From Lingula anatina (Eukaryota > Animalia > Brachiopoda), in assembly GCA_051362555.1 (NCBI GenBank), contig CM120647.1, forward strand, positions 1,736,001 through 1,800,000: a stretch of DNA of 64,000 nucleotides, given 5' to 3'. The notes below the pieces were generated by a model. It saw nothing but the letters and a program-made list of their open reading frames with translations. It ran no database searches and was not told the DNA's origin. Shown piece after piece: positions 25,601 to 37,350 of this stretch. Positions within the stretch are counted from its first letter, which is position 1, and each line of letters opens with the position of its first letter. The position numbers and the translations under genes are program-made.

Positions 25601-26420
25601 TATTAAAAAAACCAGTGTGTTGTCCGTTGAAATAAGGACAGAGGCAGAGAATTATGTAAAAATATAAATTAAAGCTATTTTTGTTTGGAGTATATTTATT
25701 ACAGATAATGATATCTAATGTTATTTTTGTTACTAGATTGATGTAGGCCGACCCAGTTGTTTCAGAAATTATTACAAAGGGAAAAATATAGAAATTTTAA
25801 AATTGAAAGCGGTCAAAGTTTTAATTGCCGTCGGCGTGCCACACCTTATATGGAGAAAGCAACCTTGTTTACAAATCATTTACTATTGGTCAATACAGAT
25901 TTCAAAACCTCTACTTTCAGCCAAAGCGGTGAGCCATAACTGTTTCAGTAACCAGGGACCATTGTTGAACTGCAATAACGAGGGTCCCATGAAGATCATC
26001 GCGGTGCAAGAGTGCCGTGACTTGTCAGACAACCAGTGTATTGCAGCACCGTACAAAGCACAGATGTTATCGGTCAGTTCGCCACGTAGTTTAAAGGACA
26101 TGAAAAATAAATAAATGAAGATAAAACGCGCTAGTAAAGATAAACTAAACCTTGGTATAAAATATTTTACAGGTTCACAGACTTTTTGGTTGAGGGCGTT
26201 TGTCCTAATACAATAAATCACCTTGTAGCCAAAACGATAATTAAAGGGAGTGAAATATCGGTGTGTAGTAACTGAAATACAGTAGGCAGACTTTAAGCCG
26301 TTGAACTGAATTTTATTATTTCAGACCTTATGCGATGGCCAAAGATACATGTGTAACACCAACAACGCATGCGCTGGGAACGACATCGCCAAGATAAGGA
26401 TCGCCTACCAGTGCTGTTAG
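19629..26420 (+). CDS. Gene A: secreted VWA + 3xTSP1 + C-terminal SUEL/rhamnose-binding-lectin-like protein
   Basis: Phase-compatible GT-AG exons: 19629-19761 (MLRLVVLAVALSVVYG, signal peptide); 20021-20142 (CKADICFALDSSGS, MIDAS); 20721-20967 (GNTNIG...VVFTDG); 22158-22349 (FIAVGAG...KAC); TSP1 exons 23769-23918, 24275-24445, 25180-25356; 25921-26072; 26325-26420 (ends YQCC*). Confidence 0.9.
21130..21510 (+). mobile_element. Helitron/Helentron-associated non-autonomous element remnant in a gene A intron
   Basis: Internal repeated blocks (gatcatcgccaaaacctaa / gatcttcaccaaaatata), an (ACAA)n tract, then aaaacataacctc...gagggcaat 3' hairpin, the layout typical of HINE/DINE-like elements. Confidence 0.55.
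21866..21960. repeat. (ATATA)n/(ATGTA)n microsatellite
   Basis: Seen directly. Confidence 0.95.
22985..23267. mobile_element. MITE with CCC...GGG termini and TA flanks (animal EnSpm/CACTA-like)
   Basis: Left end ta|cccgcaagaaatgcagtag, right end ctacttcgttttcgtgcggg|ta, with internal repeated gcagtag motifs in both orientations. Confidence 0.65.
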
Positions 26421-26489
26421 GTGGGTTTCCGGGAATTTTGCGACATCTTACGGAATATTCGGCGGATCACGGCAGAGTGCATCCGGGGC

Positions 26490-27150
26490 ATCTGGAAGGG
26501 TGAAGAGGAGGGTGGAAGGGATATATGGAAGGGTGAAGAGGAGGGTGGAAGGGATATATGGGAGGGTAGGAGGGACATAATAATTTAGAATGGAGAAGGA
26601 CTCGGTAGGGGCCACTTGGGAGCGTGGGAGGAGGGAGAGGAGAGGGTGGGAGGGAGATATGGGAGAGTGGAGGGTGGAAGGGAGATATGTGAGAGGGGAA
26701 GGTGGGAGGGACATATGGGAGAGGGGAGGGGGGAGGGACATATGTGAGAGGGGAGGGGGGAGGGACATATGGGAGAGGGGAGGGTGGGAGGGACATATGG
26801 GAGAGGGAAGGGTGGGAGGGACATATGGGAGAGGGAAGGGTGGGAGGGACATATGGGAGAGGGGAGGGTGGAAGGGGCAGGGGAGTTTAGAAGGGTGCAC
26901 GTGGGGGCGTGGGAGGAAGGAAAGGGGAGGGTGGGAAGGGGCCAAAGGGAGGGGAGAGGGAAAGGGGAATAAAGAAAGGGGAACATGGAAGGGCGGGAGG
27001 AGGGAAAGGGGAGGGTGGGATGCGGCACATGGGAGATTGGGATAGGAATCACCGATGTAAGGCATCTGGAAGGGGGCAGGGGAGGAAGGGAAAGTGGGAG
27101 AGGCACGTGGGGGAAGGCTGGGTACATAAGGGGATGGGCAGAAGGTGGAT
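26490..27150 (+). repeat. Polypurine G-rich minisatellite (unit about gggagggacatatgggagagggga), probably in a 3'-UTR intron of gene A
   Basis: Seen directly. Lies between the GT directly after the stop codon (26421) and the acceptor ttcctttttcag ending at 27426. Confidence 0.85.
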
Positions 27151-27225
27151 GCGACATACTGAGCCTCGTTTGTCTCTGTCAGATGTCGACATTAATATTG
27201 TACCAGTACATTATCACTGCTTTTA

Positions 27226-27300
27226 ATGTGCGTGCGTGTGTGCGTGCGTGCGTGCGTGTGCATGCGTGCGTGCGTGCGTGCGTGCGTGTGTGTGTGTGTG
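27226..27300. repeat. (CGTG)n/(TG)n microsatellite
   Basis: Seen directly. Confidence 0.95.
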
Positions 27301-28344
27301 GTATTGGTAGGGTGTTTGCACGTCACTGTTGCTACTTGGATTAAGTGCTGCAGCAGCAGCTGTTTTTCATTCGCCATTTTCGTTATATCTTGTGGTTTAT
27401 TACACTAAAAACATTTCCTTTTTCAGAATGGACGTGTAATATTGCGCCTGCCAATATTAAGATGCTCAGCACATATTGTGAATTGAAGCAGTGCCCCCAT
27501 GACTAACTGTTATAACGGAGAAAATCTTAACAGCCTTGATGCAACGGAACAGTCCTATCAGAGCAACCTAACCGTTTTGGCGCGAAACTCTCGTACTTAA
27601 ATATAATGGTATTTAAGAATAAATCAAAAACATGCATTTAACATGACAACTGTGTTTTGATGTCAGTTGACGAATAGGTAACAGCGGAATGAAGTTATTG
27701 GTGGCATATATTCTATTCAAGTGAGATACCTCTAGTGTTGTGATACTAATCGGTTGAAATTGACATAAGTAGACAAATATTAATGTTCCCACGTAGTATA
27801 GTAAATATTTATAACATATTGATAGCATTATGGTACCATATTGCAGTGATCGGGTACCTAGTTCACTCTTATGTAGTTTTGAGAAGTGAAAAACTGTCTA
27901 AAAAATAAACAACGAAGTGCTACCTACAACATGTGCATACTGTTTTCTTCGTTGTAAGTTCTCTTTGATCGGGGGCGGAAGAAACAGATTTAAGCCGGGT
28001 GAGGGGGGGGGGGGGGGGAGAGAGGGGACGCTAAGTATTTAGAAAAATCGCGATGTGGGATTAAGGACAACAGCAACAAGACAGCAAGGCTTTCAAATAT
28101 ACAGACACGGAACAAGAAAAAAAAGAAAACATTGCTTCTTTTAACATAAACACGCATATTCCAGTAAACAGTATTTTTTGTATAAATAATCCCACCATGC
28201 TGATTTTCGAAAGGAGCCTACATATTGTTAAACTAAGCCACTCAGCTAATTTCAAGTGAACAAATAATATTTTTGGCATGCGCACTTATATGCAAAATGT
28301 CGCCAAAACATACAAAGAATAATTTTCGAAAATATGAATACATA

Positions 28345-28387
28345 AATTAATTAATTAATTAATTAATTAATTAATTAATTAATTAAT
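28345..28387. repeat. (TAAT)n microsatellite
   Basis: Seen directly. Confidence 0.95.
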
Positions 28388-29291
28388 GACCCAATCATCC
28401 TGCTTTTCGAAAAGAACATGTTTTTATTCCAAGTCAGTAATCTAGAGTACACTGTAGTATTCAACGTCAGATTGAAATCATGTTAGGCTTTGAATCCTTG
28501 ACTATTTATTTGTAGACCATTGGTAAAGGTTGGGGAACTTGTGACAGATATTTCTGACCTTTCATAGGGGATGGAGCTAAATATTTCCAATCTCTCTCTC
28601 TCTTTCTCTCTCTTCCCCCGGCTGCAGTCCGCACCTTTATTCTATAACTCACAATAAATTTAAATTGAGATTTTATATCTGATTCTGAAAAATATGCTCC
28701 TTTCCAAAATTGTGCCAAATAATTTGTAGCACATGGTGAGCATTGTTTGTTCTTTTAAATTTGGCAGTCACTTCTCTTCCTCTCTCCCCCCCCCTCTGCC
28801 CCTGCCCCCTACATTACTGCTGAGAGTAGCCTACTTTTCCACCGATGTATCTTCACACTGCTTTCAATTAATAAAGCCACCCACTCATCGCCTTACATAT
28901 TTTGACTGAAATATCCAAATTTTTCACAAATAATTAAAAAACTTGAATAACGCCTTTTAAAAAGTCAACTCCATGTATCGCATCAAATTAAAACAGAAGA
29001 CCTAGACTTCCATTAGCTGTCGGGTTGGGTCTGTTTGTGTCGGGTAGGGTCATGTCTGTTCTGGTCGTACCGATTCATTTTTGGTCGTGTCGGGTCGGTA
29101 TTGTGAAAAATTTCAGATCGAAATAGCCAGCCGTCCATTTATTGTGATCTTTCTACACATTTTAAGCATTTCGACATTAAAAAAACATTCATACCCAGTG
29201 AAAATGATGAACATTAATTTTGAAAAAGAGAATAAAACACCGTTTGCATTCAAAGGGCGATTCACACGACCGGAAACAAATTATACGTTGT

Positions 29292-29330
<39 letters not shown>

Positions 29331-30427
29331 TAGGCGCTCTAGAATACCAAATATCTTGTTTGAGGGTAAGGTTGTATGAGTTCATTGACATTACAAACGC
29401 GTCTGTCTACCGCAAATGTCTGTTTATATTATCATTCACGTAGTACTGACACCCCATTAAGCCTAGGTGTAACAAAACTTAAGAACACCATTTTCAATTT
29501 AAGAAAACCCTATGAAACGTGTTTACATACATCACCCCTGTAATGAGGTAAAAAGCGTCTCGAGTGAGACCACATAGGTCTGCCTAACCCACTGAACCGC
29601 TTGCGTCTTACATATGACAAGTTCTAGTAAAAAAAGGTAATGAATTAAGCCAAAAACACCAAAATTTTGAATAACCCATTAAGCTGTTAATGCAGTTTGA
29701 TGGGATTAAGCTTTGACTTCTCTGTTTCATATATCAACGATTTTAAAAGTTTTGTCCCTGCAGTACCAGCGTCCACGCCGCATCTAGTGGACGCCATTTT
29801 GTCGACGCCATTTTGACGTCATTTGGACGTCATTTAGACCTTGCACGCCTTGGAAAATCCTTGGGACCTTGGGAAATCCAATAAATACGTCAACGGCAAG
29901 GGCTTGCAAGATATGTAAGGAAATCACGTAAGGAATTTACTCGTTGTGCATTCTTTTCTGTATAGCTCACCCATTAATTTAATTCAAAAATTTAAACTCC
30001 TGCCCCCAAAATGGAAGTCAAAATATTTGTCTTTAGCGACAAGTTATCGTTTTAAGAAATTCAGCTTAAAGACATTTTTCAGTGCAAAAGCGAGACTTTT
30101 TTTTTTAAGAATAAAAACCGCAGTTGGCATAAACAGTAGCCGTATCCGCCCATTTTTAGAATACCAGACACACAATTGGTTTAACCTATAGCTTTGCCCC
30201 TCTCTGTACCAAGTTTACTCGCCAAACTCGACCACTTAATGGTGCAAAAGAGGTTTCCAACCCTTCCCACGTTGTCATCATGCTTGCATCACAAAGAAAT
30301 AATAATATCTACCTGACGCAAACTGCCCTAAATTGACAAAAAAAAATTACGCTAAACGTTTTACCGTGTAAGTCATACTAGGCAGGTGTGTGAATTTTCT
30401 TCTAACATATCCACAATGTGCTGGGAA

Positions 30428-30548
30428 TATAAAAACGCTTAAGAATGCGTCAAGGCAATTAGGAGTCGGTAAACAAATTCCATAGGCTACTTAAAGGACA
30501 TTGCCTATATGTTATTTCCTTTGTGCAACCAGCGCAAGTGACTATAAG
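30428..30548 (+). promoter_or_regulatory. Putative TATA box and non-coding first exon of gene B
   Basis: tataaaaa at 30428 and donor aag|gtgag at 30549. The block is conserved upstream of gene C (donor at 39575). The ATG-containing exon is preceded by the acceptor gtttag. Confidence 0.55.
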
Positions 30549-31663
30549 GTGAGAGAGATGTTTTCTTTTTCTTGTCTGCTTAACGCTTTTTAAAAAAAGG
30601 GTCCTTATAAAATAATTTCTTGTTATAGCTTATCAATAAAAATCTCAGTATAAAGCGATAGTCAGTCCAAATTATTTACATTATTACGGACAGGGCACTG
30701 TTGAGAATTACTAAATGTCACCAAATTTCGACAGCGTCGTCGATCCTTTTTATTTAAAGTCCAACTGCTCTTCATCGTATTCATGTATTCAACCCCTCAT
30801 TGCCGTCTTTTGCATTTCGTTCCATGTTATAAGTCTCGTTGCGTTGTCTTAAGTTCAATCCTCTTTAATAACAAGCGAAGTTAAAAGCTAAAAGATTCAA
30901 ATATATGTAATATTTAGATCCCGTAATCATTTACGAAACTCGCATTTATTGATGCACAAGTGAAATCCCCCGCATACATTAAGTGTGAAGGACTGAAGCT
31001 TAAGCATTTTTTCATATTTCACGTTGAGTTTTCATAAAGCAAGAACGTTTTGATACAGTTTTATAAAAGTTAAACTAAATCATAATGGAAAGCAGACGTT
31101 TTAAGTTATTTTGCAAAACTATACGTCCTCATTTAATTATTTTTTCCTTTTAAATGCTACTGTTTTGTATCCCCAGATAAGGTTTAAGAAATGGTGGGAA
31201 TTAAAACATATTTAAAAAAAGCACTAAAGACTTATCATTTTAAAACGTTTTATGACTGAATATTTATACTTTACAACACATTGTTATTAGACATTTTTCT
31301 CTTTACTTTTATTACCATACCATTTTGATATATTTTTATTTTTGATCTATTTGATCTATTTCAATAAATATGAAAACACATACAAAAGAATCTCATTCTG
31401 CTCTACACATAACCTATATATAAAACTAAAATGTAATTAAGAAATAAACTGAGCGCAGCAGAATGCTGGTTAGGCGGTAACTTCGATATAGTAGTATATG
31501 TAGAGCTTTTGCTTGGCAGGAAAGATATTTAGACGCCGAGAGGCATGAGGTTTACGATGTTATATCCTGTGTGTTTGATACTCTTAAGAAAAAGCAGTAG
31601 TCACACATATTAATATGTAACTGACTCACATAGACTTAAAGTGTGTTCCTGTTTAGGAGCAGT

Positions 31664-34136
31664 ATGGGTTGGGTTCTCGCAGTGGCGCTATGTGTCGTGG
31701 CCGGTGTCCAGGTGCAGGGGCAATTCAATCCCCACAGACCAGAAAGTGTGCAGGAGCTCGGCTTTGGTAAGTATTAATTTGGCTTGGAAAAAATTATGGC
31801 GTTTTATAACTAATATCAGAGTTTGTCAAAACGTAACATCTCTTCTGTTCAACTTGAATATTAAAATCTATAAATAATCTATTGTTCCTATTATAACTGT
31901 GATGAATTGCACTCAATCATTATCAGACGGTCAGTAGTCGGTACTAAGTTAAACCGTCACAGCAGATTTAGGGAGGGTGACCAAGCGGGTCATTACCCCC
32001 ACCACCCACCCCTTCGATTTATGAAAGAAAAAACAATAACACACCAATGGCCCCGCTCGAAATTAGAATTTTGTCTAGCTGAATCATAGTTCTAAACTGC
32101 ATCAAATGTCACTGTTCGCCCTCTAAAATATCAACATATTTTGTGGCCTTCAGCGGGCCCCGAATCCCACGCTCGGGTGGCAGGGGGTGGTCGGCTTTGC
32201 ATCCGCGGCCTGTCATTTCTAAAAAGCCTACCCACTTCAAATAATCCTGGATCCGCCCCCGCAAACCCTGAATGAAAGTGTAACTTTGTTCGTTTATCTT
32301 ACACCAACACAACCTCAGACGTGTGCACTTCTGTTACTAGATTTCTTTCTGTTTCCACAAGGCTGTCTCCTGGACATGTGCATAGCCGTTGATTCCTCGC
32401 ACAGCCTGGACAGCCAAGGTTTCCAGCAGGAACTCGACTTCCTGGAAAAGCTGGTCGACTTCATAGACGGCATGGCGGACGAAGTGAAGGCACATTATGC
32501 TGCAGTGGTGTTCTCTACCAACGTCTCCGTACACTTTGACTTTTCAGAGACAAGGACGAAAGAGGAGGTCAAAGAAAAGTGAGTTTTTTGTTAATGAATT
32601 AGAACATATCTGAAATCATTTGATAATTCATCCGACCTTGAATGTTGTACGTGTATAACCTTAGCTTATGATATTCTGTAAAAATACAATTTAATAGGCA
32701 TATACATTTTTGCCATTATATTACTCACTCCTCTATCTTTAAAAGATCTGAAACAAATTTTAAACGATCACGATTCTAATATTCATCGATTTCTATATCC
32801 CAGATTGCAGCAGATACCTTACATCCGGGGACGCACTAACATACCGGATGCCATGGAGCAATGCCGGATGCTGCTCCAGTTTTCGCCCAGTAAACGTTAC
32901 GCTGACATTGGAGCCTATATTGTAACACTGGTTCTCACTGACGGCGTGGCCAACGAAGGTATACCACATCCCCTGGAGTTATTTTAATTAATTATTGATG
33001 AATCTATTTATTTATTTATCTGGATAAAGTTATTTTTATCATTATTGTATAGTTAGTATTTTTTACGTTGGAGGATATCGAAAGTGTAAAGCGTGCTGTT
33101 ACCGTTAAATAATATGTAAGTGTTATTCGGTGCCGCCTACATGTCAATTTGATTTCTTGATAGAAAAGTATCCAAGCCTGCAGTGCATGTAAGATAAACT
33201 AGCTTAAACCAGATATGTTTTTGTTTAATTTATGTATGTGAAATCATTAATAAAATTTTAACACAATGCATATATGAAAAAAAAAAGCGTATAGAATATT
33301 TCAAAAATTGACAACCGATCTTTCTTTTTTAACATCCAGGCATCTTAACTCTCCGCCAGGCGGCAGCTAATCTAAGACGAGACCAAGTGAAAACCATTGC
33401 AGTCGGGGCGGGGCCCGGGGTCAACATGACCGAGCTAGGGGTCATCGCTCAAGGTCGCCTTGATCACGTGTTCCAGGCTGACGTCCCTCGGCTGCATGAA
33501 CTGGTGGAGGCCATTGGGGCCACAGTCTGTGCAGGTGCGTTGTTGGGGTTGGGTTGGGGGTGGGAGGGAGGGGGAGGGGGTTCTTTGTCTCTCCTGTTTT
33601 TTTCTGAGTATGGGACCTGAGGTGTTCAGCATTTTTCCTGCGTGTATATGAGTATAATCATCAAGTACGATATGTTTCAAAACAATGGTACTTTTTTTGT
33701 AAATAACACTTGAAGAATATAAAGGAAATTTTTCTAAAATCACAAAAAAATCTAATTTTCTCACTTCCATTAGTCATGATCAGTCGTTTTTCTTTTGATT
33801 AGATTATTTATGAGACATTTTTGTATACACAAAGCAGGCCTGTTCACTAGATTTACGAATACAATTTTCACGTAAACCGTTTCCTCTCTTAGCAAATCAG
33901 GCGTAAAAAGCGAAAAACATGTAATTGTTTTTTCGTAGGAAGAAGATGAATTCAATGAAATCATTGTTTTGTTTCCAGGGAAGAAAGACACGTGTCAGTG
34001 GAGTAAGTGGGGAGAGTGTGATGCGCCGTGTGGCGGAGGGATACGTATTCGTACGCGAGGAGAAGAAAGTCCCTGCTGTGATGAGTGTTTAAGGAAGCTA
34101 GACGTGCAGTCTTGTAACCGCCATGCATGTCCATAA
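31664..34136 (+). CDS. Gene B: secreted VWA + single TSP1 protein
   Basis: Exons 31664-31766 (MGWVLAVALCVVAGVQVQG, signal peptide); 32362-32578 (DMCIAVDSSHS, MIDAS); 32804-32958 (GRTNIP...LVLTDG); 33340-33534 (TIAVGAG); 33979-34136 (CQWSKWGECDAPCGGGIRIRTR...CNRHACP*). AATAAA near 34398. Confidence 0.92.
31963..32261. mobile_element. MITE family copy 1 (CAGGGGCGGATCCAGG-type termini)
   Basis: Ends aaataatcctggatccgcccc. Its internal sequence is shared with 40752-41010 and 46371-46640. Confidence 0.7.
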
Positions 34137-35165
34137 GGAATGACTCTTTACTGGGCTTTACAAGATGTTTGAAGAATATGAAATGACCAGTTTGTCAGTG
34201 TTTAAATATTATATATACACACACATATTACTTGGGATATCCTACGTATAATTTGACTTCAATGGAAAATGTTTGTTCTTGGTAATATTTTACAAAATGT
34301 TTCTTCAGTGACCAATAACTTGTCATTAAAATTAATATGACACCATTTGTGCATTTGTTGTCATTCAAATGGAGAGAATTCAGTACTGACCAAAAGAAAT
34401 AAAACAAATATGTCTCTCGTCATTTCTATATACACGCCGGCAAATCCGGGCACTGCTTACGACAAGATAGACAAATCACAATAAAAAGCCCTGACACTGT
34501 CTTTGTCCTTGTGCCGCCATATAAGTATTCAAAGCCAGCAGTGAGAGTTGATATCTTAAGTGCCGACATGGCTTATGGACATGAAAATTTAGCAATGGCA
34601 TTAAATCAGATTTAATATGGTAAACTTTGAGTCTCCATTTTATAAAAGAGGCGCGATTTATTGTGGTAAGAGAGACATGCGTTCTTCTACTTATAGGTGA
34701 ATAAAGGTTTTATGGTGAATTTAGTGGCTGTTTTGAAAATGTTGATATCAGTGGAATGATTTGCATACACAAGTACTTGAGGGGCATAAAACTGCACGGT
34801 TCATTCCCTTAATGTGTGCAAGTTTAACCAGCCTTGGCAAAATGTCGTTTAATAATTTCTTTCATATTTTGCCCCTGTTTGTCGTATAGGCTCGTTGTAT
34901 ATTAAACCTGATATCATAATGCACCAGTATGGGACGAAAGCAGTTTTATGACATTAAAAAAACGTCTCTTGTGTCGAATAAATTTCAATAATGAAAATCA
35001 AATTTCAAATTTCGAATAATGAAAATCTGACTGGGGAGTCACCTTTTAAGGAAGTCGGATTTTCAAGGCACACTGGCACACGGTGGTATTACACGACAAG
35101 CATTCAAGTGGGTCGACCATGTTTGATACGGGGAACTATTAGTCCGCTGTTCTGAATGTACACTT

Positions 35166-35447
35166 AGGGGCCATTCACAATAGATGATCCGAGTACTAAC
35201 TGATCCAAGGCTAAGTATGGCCGACCTCTCTTCATAAGCGATGCCGCGCATTCCTTGATTGTCTCCCCAAATGCGTTGTCGCTGCAGGGGCATAGCAATT
35301 AAACCTCGGAGCCTAGATAAAATCGGTTTAATGGCGAGTGTAGAGGCGGGGAGACCACCACGGAGTTAGCTTCGTCGCTTCTGAAGTGAGGGCGGCCATA
35401 TTTAGTTGGCGGATCAGTTAGCACTCGGATCACCTATTCTGAATGGC
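35166..35447. mobile_element. PIF/Harbinger-type MITE with about 75-bp imperfect terminal inverted repeats
   Basis: gccattcacaatagatgatccgagtactaactgatcc... (35170-35243) is the near reverse complement of ...ggatcagttagcactcggatcacctattctgaatggc (35373-35447). The left end is preceded by TTA. Confidence 0.75.
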
Positions 35448-35463
35448 AATAAAATGTGGTTAA

Positions 35464-37350
35464 AGCCTGGGTCACAACCGGACGCACGAATTTCAGGATC
35501 GTACGTCCTCTGCGATTTTTGGGTGTTGAGGAGGCTGTGGAGGTTGTAGAGGTAGAGGAAAATCTGACTTACAAGTCGCAAGGGCCACATGAGGTGTCCT
35601 TTCAAACAGGGACGCTAATTTCAAGGAGCGATGGCCGTGGAAATTGTACTCATTTCTTGAGTTTGTCTTGCTTCCTGTGTACGTGGCACACACTCACCAC
35701 TTACGAAGTGAATGCAACGCACGGCGAAAGTAGTGCCCTTTTGCGTCAGTTTTGCTTCACACTTGCCTCACACGTTTGTGTTGACGTACTGACGACGTAC
35801 ATCAGTTTTTGCTTCCTGTTCTCTTCTTCTTTCTCCTCCCTCCTCCCTTTTTTATACTGTGTAAGCTTCTTTCTCTTGCCTTTAGGAGGCATATTAGAAA
35901 CTAAATTGAGCAGAAATTTGAAAATTTTGAAAATGGTTGTACACGTTACACAGTCGATGTTCATTGTAAAGACACGAGCGTGCTTCGTAAGCACGCCTTT
36001 TATACACTAGGCGTGGAGGTGATGCACGTGCGACGCATTCCCGGTGTGCTCTCGACTTCGTTCGTTAGTTGTGAGGGCGTGCGCCTTACTCAACACGAAA
36101 AAGGCACTTGCTCCTTCATTGCTTGGGACGCGCGTCTTGCACAACGCGCGTCTCTCTTGCTAAAGCCTCTCTTACAACCCGTCGTGCGTGCTTAGAGATC
36201 GTGCGTCCTCGGAGTTCTTGTCAGACGTAGCGTTGTCGCAGGATGAAAATTAAATCGCAGCGGACGAAGTAGTAAGTACTTTATGAGTAGGTGTGTTGTG
36301 CTCTAAACGTGGGGCCCGCAAGTGGTATGTACGCCTTTTTTGGAAGTAGGAAGAAGTAAGGAGCACGTACGATCTGTACTTGTGTCGCACATAGTGAGTG
36401 AGATAATCATACGTGTATTGCAAGTGAAGCGTACGTTTTCAGAAATCGTACTTGCGAAGTAAGAGAAACGTAAGAGAAACGTAATAAGCACGGAAGTGGA
36501 ACGCACGGGTAATCAAAATAATATAAAAGGGAGCACCGAGACCCTTCATCATTCACTGTTTTGGCTTCCAAAATGGCACTTCCAAGAAGGATGCGCCATC
36601 GACTTCTACAGCTGCTAATGCTAGAGGAGGCCGAAGATCGTGACGCAATGCTTGCAGTGGTTGCTCGGGATCGCCTGCACTTTTATCGTGCTGGGCACGT
36701 GCGTCGTGTTAGTGTGACGCACTTTACAAGTATGTTAGTAGTACTCGCCACGCACTTTGGAAATGAGATAAACGCACGGAGGAAGTGCGCTCACCCCCCC
36801 TTTTCGTTAACACGTACATTGAAAGCAAGTTGAACGTACGAGTCTCTTGCGTGGTAAGTACGTCTTCGTGGTAAAATACCCCGGAATTTCTGCATGCTTT
36901 TCCTGCGTTACACGCACGCCTAGCGCACTTACTCAGTACTTTTGTCTTGCGTGCTACTACCGTGCTCCAGGCGTTCTAATTGTCGCAGACAGGTCGTAGC
37001 GAAAAACTGGCCGGCCAGTTTTCGGGCTGCGTGCTTTGCGTCGTGTTTGCGTCCACCAAAAACAGTACGTTCCACGTGCGTGTATCTTACCACTTGGCCA
37101 ATTTTTTGCACGCAAACCACTCGTAGAAGCACGCACGACCGGTTGTAAGAGTAGCTTAACTCCGTGCTAGGAGAACAAGTTACGCTTGCGGCCTCGCTGT
37201 TCGCAGGCTATTCGTAGAATCTTTTGGACATGTCCAACATCCTCCGCACGTGCTTACGGGCTGTTTGCGAATTTCGTAAGAAGGACTCGCGTGGGACGTG
37301 AGATTCTGCGCAAAATTTGGACGCAAACAGCCCGTAAGAGCTGTTGTTGG
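35464..37350. mobile_element. Degenerate PIF/Harbinger-like element (outer), CpG-rich
   Basis: Starts taa|agcctgggtcacaaccggacg, similar to the terminus of the inner element. The right subterminal region (aaaatttggacgcaaacagcccgtaag) resembles that of the inner element, but the final inverted repeat is missing. Confidence 0.55.
36164..37156. mobile_element. PIF/Harbinger-like non-autonomous element (inner) with TAA target-site duplication
   Basis: Left taa|agcctctcttacaacccgtcgtgcgtgct, right agcacgcacgaccggttgtaagagtagct|taa. Contains a short MALPRRMRHRLLQLLMLEEAED segment reminiscent of Harbinger transposase N-termini. Confidence 0.75.

Larger units (their letters stand above)
30350..34985. 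repeat. Tandem duplication unit containing gene B (paralogue about 39360-44120 containing gene C)
   Basis: Colinear similarity of promoter, introns, exons and about 0.9 kb of 3' flank, e.g. 34770-34850 vs 43905-43985. Confidence 0.9.

Noticed and set aside
26448-27344. Multiple overlapping Pro-rich and Gly/Arg-rich ORFs
   Set aside because: Products of a low-complexity purine minisatellite with no supporting exon structure.
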